A model generated the notes under the pieces. It did not search any database. It saw nothing but the letters and a program-made list of their open reading frames with translations, and was not told where the DNA came from. Shown here one piece after another: positions 9,916 to 15,536 of a stretch of 26,085 bases of DNA. The DNA comes from a virus (lineage: Duplodnaviria; Caudoviricetes). Every line of letters starts with the position of its first letter. Position 1 is the first letter of the stretch. The stretch covers positions 1 to 26,085 of IMG/VR virus record IMGVR_UViG_3300037755_000192. The stretch is one strand, 5' to 3'. The translations under genes were made by a program, and so were the position numbers.

Positions 9916-10107
9916 ATGACCTTCATCGACAACCACGAAGCCGTCAAGCATGCGGGAGACATCGCAGCGGTATCTATCACCATAGGTACTATTGTGAGCT
10001 TTCTTCCCGCACTCGCCGCGGTCTTCACGATCATCTGGACCGGCATCCGCATCTGGGAAACGAAGACGGTCCAGCGGTTCCTCCGGAAGCGGAAGCGTCG
10101 GGCCTAA
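9916..10107 (+). CDS. Putative holin (hydrophobic core, basic C-tail), 63 aa
   Basis: GAGG RBS then ATG 9916. TM segment IVSFLPALAAVFTIIWTGIRIW and tail RKRKRRA. It precedes the endolysin. Confidence 0.65.
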   Translation: MTFIDNHEAVKHAGDIAAVSITIGTIVSFLPALAAVFTIIWTGIRIWETKTVQRFLRKRKRRA

Positions 10108-10116
10108 GGAATTAAA

Positions 10117-10437
10117 ATGAGCAAATTGGTTGAAGCCCAATCCGAGTTCTCCGTGTCGGTGGCGCGGCTGATCCTGCGCGCGTACCAGCTTGGCTACCAG
10201 GTCACGTTTGGCGACGCCTACCGCGACCCGCGTGTGACCTACGGACACCCGAACAGCGTGCACCGCAAACGCCTGGCGGTTGACCTAAATCTGTTCAAGG
10301 ACGGGAAATTTCTAACCGCCACAGAAGACCACAAGGTGCTCGGCGAGTGGTGGAAATCACAGCACCCGCTGGCCCGGTGGGGCGGTGATTTCGAGGACGG
10401 CAACCACTATTCATTCGAGTGGGAGGGGGTTAAATGA
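10117..10437 (+). CDS. Endolysin, M15 family Zn peptidase (L-Ala-D-Glu peptidase-like)
   Basis: Motifs GDAYRD, SVHRKRLAVDL, WGGDF and DGNHYS supply the His/Asp/His Zn ligands. AAGGA RBS. Confidence 0.85.
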   Translation: MSKLVEAQSEFSVSVARLILRAYQLGYQVTFGDAYRDPRVTYGHPNSVHRKRLAVDLNLFKDGKFLTATEDHKVLGEWWKSQHPLARWGGDFEDGNHYSFEWEGVK

Positions 10438-10811
10438 ACATCTTCAAATGGTTCGTCAGCGGCAGCGAGGCAGCCGGCAAGGTACTGGACGGCGCCGTGA
10501 AGGGCATCGACGCGCTGGTCTACACGGAGGAAGAGCGGGCCGTGATGAAGCAGAAGCTCGGCGACCAGTGGCTTGAATTGCAGAAGGCGCTGGGCGAAGA
10601 GACCACGGTGCGTAGTGTCACCCGTCGCATCCTGGCGGTGCTGATTGTGGTGCCGTTCGTGTTCCTGATCCTGTTCGCGGCGTTCGTGTACAAGTTCGAC
10701 ATGGAGTACGCCAAGTTCCTGCTGGCCCTGGCCGAGAGCCAATTCGGCTGGTTGGTGTTGGGCGTGGCAGGCTTCTACTTCGGCCCGTACATGATGAACC
10801 GCGGTAAATAA
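10434..10811 (+). CDS. Second holin-like membrane protein (GTA 3TM holin-like)
   Basis: IDALVYTEEER, two TM segments and a GFYFG C-terminal motif. ATGA overlap with the endolysin. Confidence 0.65.
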   Translation: MNIFKWFVSGSEAAGKVLDGAVKGIDALVYTEEERAVMKQKLGDQWLELQKALGEETTVRSVTRRILAVLIVVPFVFLILFAAFVYKFDMEYAKFLLALAESQFGWLVLGVAGFYFGPYMMNRGK

Positions 10812-10814
10812 TCC

Positions 10815-10940
10815 GTGCCCCCGCTCCTGAAGGCCGTGTACGAGCGCCTGCGGGATGCGGGGTACTACGACGTGGACTGGATTGACCGGCTGGGCTGGAA
10901 AATCTTTACGGTGTTTGTGCTGATTCTATTGCTGGCGTAG
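10815..10940 (+). CDS. Unannotated 41-aa ORF with hydrophobic C-terminus (MPPLLKAVYERLRDAGYYDVDWIDRLGWKIFTVFVLILLLA)
   Basis: GTG lies 3 nt after the previous stop and the ORF fills the gap. It overlaps the int 3' end convergently. RBS is weak. Confidence 0.45.
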   Translation: MPPLLKAVYERLRDAGYYDVDWIDRLGWKIFTVFVLILLLA

Positions 10941-12054
10941 GGTTCATCATCCGTTCCAGCAGCCCGGCCGTGTTGGCCGCCGCCTCGTGTGCCTTCTCAT
11001 CCACCAGATGCGCGTACCGCTTCGTCGTCTGCGCGCTGGCGTGGCCTAGCAGCTCGCCGATCTGCGCCAGGCTGTAGCCCGCCTCGAGCGCCGCGGACGC
11101 GAAGGTGTGCCGCAGGCCATACAGCCGCAGATCCGGCACGTCCGCCTCGATGCGCAGCTTGTTCCAAATGTGCTTCGGGCTCTGGATACTGAAGAGCCGG
11201 CCATCCCGGCATCTTGGCAGCCCGTCTATAACCCGCATCACCTGGGGCGGCAAGAATACCGGCTTGGCGCCCGTCTTGGAGTCGGGTAGGCGCAGTACGC
11301 CGCCAGCGCCCACCCGTTCGACCCACTCCCGGCGGGCCTTGGTTATCTCAATCGGCCGGGCGCCGGACAGCATTAATAGGTATATGAAGGCCACCGCCTG
11401 TGGGTTGGCCGCCTCGTGGGCCGCCAGCGCAGCGGCCACCCTTGGTGCCTCGCTCTTGGTCATGTAGCGGGTACACTTCTCTTCCTTGAATCGTTTCACG
11501 TGGCGGCAGGGGTTGGCGCCCGCCGGGCGCATGCGGTTTTTCTCGGCGTAATTGAACATGCAGGACAGGGTAGCCAGTACCCGGTTTGCCATATACGGGG
11601 AATCCTTCAGCGCCTTGTGCAACTGGTCAACATCCTCGTGCTGCAGCACGGCGGCTTTGCGCTTGCCCAGCTTGGGGTTGACATACTTGTTGACAATCTC
11701 CGTGTACATCTTAAGCGTGCGCGGCTTTATCCTCCCCCCGTGGTCATCTAGCCAGCGCGCGCCGAGATCCGCCATCGTCGGCGCCAGGCGCTCCATCTTC
11801 CAGTCGGCCATCGGGTCGCCGCCAAGCGTGACCTTCGCCAGCCACTCCCGCGCCGTTTCGCGCGCCTGGGTGAGCGTCATCAGCTCGATGTCGGCCAGCT
11901 TCGGGCCGCGCTGCTGGCCGGTGCGGGTGCGGTAATTGAGATAGAAGGCCTTGCGCCCCTGATCGGATACGCGCAGGCACAGCCCGCGCACCGTGTCGTC
12001 CCAGATGCGGTCGCCGGGCTTGGCGTCAGCGATGATTTTATTGTTTAGGGGCAC
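10906..12054 (-). CDS. int: Tyrosine recombinase integrase with N-terminal arm-binding domain
   Basis: IWDDTVRGLCLRVS...KAFYLNYR arm domain; catalytic SGAR, K(DSKTG), YGLRH, LLGH, TTKRY. Start most likely GTG 12054 (ATG 12084 is an alternative). Confidence 0.92.
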   Translation of the reverse strand: MPLNNKIIADAKPGDRIWDDTVRGLCLRVSDQGRKAFYLNYRTRTGQQRGPKLADIELMTLTQARETAREWLAKVTLGGDPMADWKMERLAPTMADLGARWLDDHGGRIKPRTLKMYTEIVNKYVNPKLGKRKAAVLQHEDVDQLHKALKDSPYMANRVLATLSCMFNYAEKNRMRPAGANPCRHVKRFKEEKCTRYMTKSEAPRVAAALAAHEAANPQAVAFIYLLMLSGARPIEITKARREWVERVGAGGVLRLPDSKTGAKPVFLPPQVMRVIDGLPRCRDGRLFSIQSPKHIWNKLRIEADVPDLRLYGLRHTFASAALEAGYSLAQIGELLGHASAQTTKRYAHLVDEKAHEAAANTAGLLERMMNPTPAIESAQTP

Positions 12055-12211
12055 GATAAGAACGCCGTATCCCCCGCACTTCATAGCAAAGAAAAAACAT
12101 CCCGGCCATGAGCGCCGGATACTGCCAGTTTGAACGCGAGGTCGCGTCGAGTAGGAGTGCAATTGCAGCGCAGCTAAATCCAAAGGATAGGTACAACCGA
12201 GACACGAGCAT
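12038..12211 (-). CDS. Unannotated 57-aa putative two-helix membrane protein (MLVSRLYLSFGFSCAAIALLLDATSRSNWQYPALMAGMFFLCYEVRGIRRSYRAPKQ)
   Basis: Strong RBS GGAGGT 6 nt before ATG 12211. Its stop overlaps the start of int. Confidence 0.7.
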   Translation of the reverse strand: MLVSRLYLSFGFSCAAIALLLDATSRSNWQYPALMAGMFFLCYEVRGIRRSYRAPKQ

Positions 12212-12235
12212 TTCTTTACCTCCGTACTGGTGTTG

Positions 12236-12391
12236 TCAAAAACACTGCGTTGAGCAGACCCCCGCAGAGCAGCAGGTCGTGCAGAACTGCATCTTGCCGT
12301 CGGCCTGCGTGACCGTGCTGTGAGTGCAGCCGTCGGACGCCAAGGCTGCGGCGGACAGCGCGAATAATATGGATAGCAGTAGGGTGCGCAT
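12236..12391 (-). CDS. Small secreted cysteine-rich peptide, 51 aa (signal peptide plus 33-aa mature part with 6 Cys)
   Basis: AGGAG RBS and ATG 12391. Signal MRTLLLSILFALSAAALA, mature SDGCTHSTVTQADGKMQFCTTCCSAGVCSTQCF. Confidence 0.8.
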   Translation of the reverse strand: MRTLLLSILFALSAAALASDGCTHSTVTQADGKMQFCTTCCSAGVCSTQCF

Positions 12392-12420
12392 GTTGTTCTC
12401 CTGTGTGATATGGTGCTGTG

Positions 12421-12451
12421 ATTCTAGCCACGGTGTTGCCGGAATGTCAAC
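12421..12451 (-). promoter_or_regulatory. Sigma70-like promoter (TTGACA-18-TAGAAT) with 17-bp operator-like palindrome GTTGACATTCCGGCAAC
   Basis: -35 at 12450-12445, -10 at 12426-12421, palindrome at 12435-12451. Confidence 0.7.
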
Positions 12452-12456
12452 CTCTA

Positions 12457-12475
12457 GGCAGCACACTGGCAGCAG
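12457..12475 (+). repeat. Left integrase arm-type site pair GGCAGCACACTGGCAGCAG
   Basis: 18/19 identical to 12678-12696 on the other side of the att core. Each copy is a tandem of GGCAGCA. Confidence 0.7.
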
Positions 12476-12579
12476 GAATGCGGTACACAAGCAGGTTTAG
12501 CGGTAAGATACGGGACGCACAAAGCCCGGATTTCCGCCATTTAGTATACGGCGGTATCCTCCGGTAGCCCCTCCGAACA

Positions 12580-12626
12580 GACTCTTAATCAGTAGGTCGT
12601 AGGTTCAAATCCTACACGGCCCACCA
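12580..12626 (+). mobile_element. attP: attP core: 3' half of tRNA-Lys(CTT), from the anticodon loop to CCA
   Basis: GACTCTTAATCAGTAGGTCGTAGGTTCAAATCCTACACGGCCCACCA contains anticodon CTT (12584-12586), a T-arm GTAGG-TTCAAAT-CCTAC and CCA. No D-arm or 5' acceptor strand lies upstream. It is near int. Confidence 0.9.
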
Positions 12627-12628
12627 TT

Positions 12629-12808
12629 TTATTTCAGTGACTTACGACGGGTGCGCTTGCGGGGCGTTTTGGCTGCTGGCAGCACGCTGGCAGCAGACCG
12701 CCGCCGCGCCCACACGCCGAGCTTGAGACCGGTAATGACAGCCAGCATCGCCAGCGAGACCAGCAGCAGCACAACCCCTCCCAGCATGACGTACAGAAGC
12801 CAGTTCAC
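12629..12808 (-). CDS. Unannotated 59-aa single-TM protein with highly basic tail (MNWLLYVMLGGVVLLLVSLAMLAVITGLKLGVWARRRSAASVLPAAKTPRKRTRRKSLK)
   Basis: GTG overlaps the SLT stop (GTGA). GAGGGGG RBS. Stop TAA at 12631-12629, next to the att core. Confidence 0.7.
   Translation of the reverse strand: MNWLLYVMLGGVVLLLVSLAMLAVITGLKLGVWARRRSAASVLPAAKTPRKRTRRKSLK
12678..12696 (+). repeat. Right integrase arm-type site pair GGCAGCACGCTGGCAGCAG
   Basis: Direct repeat of 12457-12475. Confidence 0.7.
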
Positions 12809-13506
12809 ATCGACCCCCTCGCCATCCGGCGTTGCACGCTGACCATGTACTTGACAACCGGGTTGGCCGGGCCGCCGTTATAGGCCGCCATCAGCACCGC
12901 CGGGTTGTCGGTTTCCAGTTGCTCGATGAGCCACACCAGATAGGCGGCGGCCCACTCGACGTTCTTGTAGGGGTTCCACAGGGCGGCGGCGATCGTGCCG
13001 CCCGGGTACGGCACGCTGCCGCGATACAGGAGCGCCCATGTGCTCGGGCCGACCACCCCGTCACGCTTGGCACCCGTGGCACGCTGGAACGCAGCCACGG
13101 CCTTCTCCGTAAGGCGTCCATACACCCCATCTGCTGCCACGTCAAAGCCCCACAGCGTAAGCTGGGTCTGTATCTGGCTCACGGTGCCACCCCGGGCGCC
13201 GCGCCGGAAGAACACCTGGTGGGCGTTGTCCTTGCAGTTGCAGACCATTTGCACGGTGGCTGGCTTGATCTGGCACACGCCAATCTCGCCATGCTGCCCG
13301 GCCACGTTCCGCCAGTGGGATTCCTGTTCACAAATGGCGCGCAGCATGCCGGTCGGCAAGTCGTAGGCGATCTCCACCTTGGCGGCGTGCACCTCAAGCT
13401 GCTCGACCGTGGCCGCCCGGGCGTCGCCCATGAGGACGAGCAGGAGTATCCAGCCTACGCAGATCGCTGCTGCCTTGTATAGAAAAGGGTCGGTTTGTTT
13501 ACGCAT
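12805..13506 (-). CDS. Secreted lytic transglycosylase (SLT) with a peptidoglycan-binding domain inserted in the catalytic domain
   Basis: AGGAGG RBS and ATG 13506. Signal/TM ends in ARA. Motifs ICEQES, GVCQ, AAYNGG. PGBD motifs DGVYGRLTEKAVAAFQ...DGVVGPST. Confidence 0.85.
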   Translation of the reverse strand: MRKQTDPFLYKAAAICVGWILLLVLMGDARAATVEQLEVHAAKVEIAYDLPTGMLRAICEQESHWRNVAGQHGEIGVCQIKPATVQMVCNCKDNAHQVFFRRGARGGTVSQIQTQLTLWGFDVAADGVYGRLTEKAVAAFQRATGAKRDGVVGPSTWALLYRGSVPYPGGTIAAALWNPYKNVEWAAAYLVWLIEQLETDNPAVLMAAYNGGPANPVVKYMVSVQRRMARGSM

Positions 13507-14098
13507 TGGAACCTCCTGCGGCAGCGGCCGCGTCAAGAGCAGGGAAATTTTTAGTGCGGTGTTCGTCGCCCCAGGCGTCCCAGCCAGCGCGGCCAGACCG
13601 GGCGAACAGTTCCAAGTACGGGCCGGGGCTCATGCGCTCGACCATCTCCTGAAACGCCGGCGGCTTCGCGGAATGTTTCGGCTTTCCACGTTCGTCATAC
13701 GGCCGCTTCCAGTTGAACCACGTGGTATTCGTGCGGCCCAGAGATGGCAATGCGCCCCGGCGGCAGAACAGCACGTATTCGGTAGATATGCCGTAGGCAC
13801 CGCCGAGGCCTCCGCCCATTGGATTCTTTGCCCACGTCAGCAGCGTTGAGTATTGAAAGCCCCATGCGCGCGCTACAGTGAAGGCGGCCTCCACATATTT
13901 ATTGATCGTCCACAGATATAAATGCGCGTTATCGTCGGCCAACTCCGCCACCGGCAGCGCCGCGATCTGCTCAACAGCCATGCTTGGGTATGCCAACGGG
14001 CGGCTTGCGCCAGTGGCGTCACCGAAACCCATCCGGCCGCACAGCGGCCCCGCTTTAACTTCCCACGGCGGATCAGCGACTATGGTTGCGTATCGCAT
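13499..14098 (-). CDS. MT-A70 family N6-adenine DNA methyltransferase
   Basis: Motifs IVADPPW, LYLW, TWAK, TEY, HSAKP, YLELFAR and GWDAWGDE. Confidence 0.92.
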   Translation of the reverse strand: MRYATIVADPPWEVKAGPLCGRMGFGDATGASRPLAYPSMAVEQIAALPVAELADDNAHLYLWTINKYVEAAFTVARAWGFQYSTLLTWAKNPMGGGLGGAYGISTEYVLFCRRGALPSLGRTNTTWFNWKRPYDERGKPKHSAKPPAFQEMVERMSPGPYLELFARSGRAGWDAWGDEHRTKNFPALDAAAAAGGSNA

Positions 14099-14274
14099 GC
14101 CGCCCCCCGTACTACGTTGGCCCGCTCCCAGGCTTCCACCTCGGCAAGCGGGTACAGCACCGGCCGACCCGGGATGAACCCCGGGCCTTCGCCGAGGACG
14201 CGCCAGTTCGCCAACGTCTGCGGTTTGCGGTGCAGGCGCTCGGCGAGTTCTTTTGTGGTGAGGTGCGTTGTCAT
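14080..14274 (-). CDS. Excisionase/AlpA-like HTH DNA-binding protein
   Basis: LTTKELAERL...TLANWR..GEGP..V.Y....VEAW pattern. ATGA overlap with the upstream MTase. Confidence 0.8.
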   Translation of the reverse strand: MTTHLTTKELAERLHRKPQTLANWRVLGEGPGFIPGRPVLYPLAEVEAWERANVVRGAACDTQP

Positions 14275-15353
14275 AAAAACAACACCGAATCCAAATAAGC
14301 GCCGATCACTTCGGCCGCGACTTGCGGGACGATGGCATTGCCGTAGCCTCTCAGTCTTGCGACTCTGTTTTTACCTTTTTGGATGAGCGGGGCGTAAATG
14401 AGACGTTCCTCGTGCGGACGGTCGGGATAACTCTGAAGGCGCACAAGTCCCAAGCTATCGGATAGCCCATCAGCCAGCCGCTCAGTCGCGGGTTCAACTG
14501 GCCGCGCTTTTCCATCGGCACATCCGATAAACTCAAGCTTCGCCCAAGGATTTGCATCACCGGATCGTCTTGCTTCTTGTTCGGATTCCAGCGAAACGCC
14601 GACCTTTCGGAGTCGTGCGCCATCGGAGCGCAAGGTGTGCTCCATGCCGCCAAGTCCACCACCTTCCGCGAGTAGTCGTTGTTCCCCGCTGGGTTGTTGC
14701 CGTTCTGCGCTGGGGTTCCGGCCATTGGTGTCGGCCAACTCGCGAACTTCACCACATGCTCCAGGCTCACGGTATGCTTGCGCCCGTCCGGCGTTCTCCC
14801 CGTCGCGCTCATCTTTTCGATACTCACTGATCGGCCCCCGCTCGGAGTGTTGGGCGTCGGCCACGATCCACGCTCGTTGCCGGATGTGCGGTGCCCCGAC
14901 GCTGCAAGCCGGTAAACCGTGCGCCCCGACGGCGTAACCGATTCCTTCCAGGTCATCTTGAACAAGGTCGAGCCAGCCGTGCTTAACCGCGCTTTCAACC
15001 TGCTCGCCAAAGATGACGCCAGGGCGGCACTGCGCGATGAGCCAGAACCAGTCCGGCCATAGGTGCCGCTCGTCATCAAACCCGCCGCCTTTGCCTGCCG
15101 CGCTGAAAGGTTGGCATGGGCAGGAACCGGTCCAGACGGGACGGTCGTCGGGCCACCCGGCAAGGCGCAGGGCGTAGCTCCAGCCTCCGATGCCGGCGAA
15201 GAAGTGGCACTGGGTGTATCCAGCGAGGTCGTTGGGCGTGACATCGGCAATGCTCCTTTCGTCAACATCGCCGGGCGCGATATGCCCGGCTTTGATTAGC
15301 TCGCGCAGCCAGGCGGCGGCGTTCTTGTCGTGCTCGTTGTAGTAGGCTGTCAT
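14271..15353 (-). CDS. DNA cytosine-5 methyltransferase, alpha subunit (M.EcoHK31I-like)
   Basis: YYNEHD, HFFAGIGG (I), GSCPCQPFS (IV), GEQV (VI), APHIRQR (VIII), LRGYGNAIVPQVA (X). Motif IX is absent from this frame. Confidence 0.9.
   Translation of the reverse strand: MTAYYNEHDKNAAAWLRELIKAGHIAPGDVDERSIADVTPNDLAGYTQCHFFAGIGGWSYALRLAGWPDDRPVWTGSCPCQPFSAAGKGGGFDDERHLWPDWFWLIAQCRPGVIFGEQVESAVKHGWLDLVQDDLEGIGYAVGAHGLPACSVGAPHIRQRAWIVADAQHSERGPISEYRKDERDGENAGRAQAYREPGACGEVRELADTNGRNPSAERQQPSGEQRLLAEGGGLGGMEHTLRSDGARLRKVGVSLESEQEARRSGDANPWAKLEFIGCADGKARPVEPATERLADGLSDSLGLVRLQSYPDRPHEERLIYAPLIQKGKNRVARLRGYGNAIVPQVAAEVIGAYLDSVLFL
14351..15244 (-). CDS. C5 methyltransferase beta subunit nested in an alternate frame of the alpha gene (start uncertain)
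   Basis: Same strand, different frame. SSLASRLKARL...GSTLFKMTWK, three W(P/S)TP repeats, and motif-IX-like GQLNPRLSGWLMGYPIAW. Confidence 0.8.
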   Translation of the reverse strand: MSRPTTSLDTPSATSSPASEAGATPCALPGGPTTVPSGPVPAHANLSARQAKAAGLMTSGTYGRTGSGSSRSAALASSLASRLKARLSTAGSTLFKMTWKESVTPSGRTVYRLAASGHRTSGNERGSWPTPNTPSGGRSVSIEKMSATGRTPDGRKHTVSLEHVVKFASWPTPMAGTPAQNGNNPAGNNDYSRKVVDLAAWSTPCAPMAHDSERSAFRWNPNKKQDDPVMQILGRSLSLSDVPMEKRGQLNPRLSGWLMGYPIAWDLCAFRVIPTVRTRNVSFTPRSSKKVKTESQD

Positions 15354-15535
15354 TTTTCCCACACGATCTTGGCTAGTTCCGCATTAATCGCTTCAAGCAG
15401 CTCTTTACAGCTATGCGGCTTTACCTCTGAGCACCCATGCCTGCATTCGAGCGGCCTGTCATGTTGCACGCACACGTCTTCTACCGGCTTGCAGCCCCAC
15501 CTGTTTGCTGGCTTGTTCCTTCTACGTTCGCTCAT
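15350..15535 (-). CDS. Small Cys/His-rich hypothetical protein, 61 aa
   Basis: ATG 15535 directly follows the primase stop, and there is an ATGA overlap with the MTase start. Confidence 0.65.
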   Translation of the reverse strand: MSERRRNKPANRWGCKPVEDVCVQHDRPLECRHGCSEVKPHSCKELLEAINAELAKIVWEK

Positions 15536-15536
15536 A

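Noticed and set aside
12055-12183. Long N-terminal extension of the integrase in the ORF track
   Set aside because: The TTG start has no RBS. The region is better explained by the 57-aa ORF with a GGAGGT RBS.
12551-12626. Complete tRNA-Lys gene
   Set aside because: There is no 5' acceptor strand (GGGCCG) or D-arm upstream, and the anticodon stem is mismatched. Only the 3' half is present, so it is an att core.
12642-12857. 71-aa minus-strand ORF from the track
   Set aside because: The alternative frame 12629-12808 has the GTGA coupling, an RBS and a coherent TM composition.
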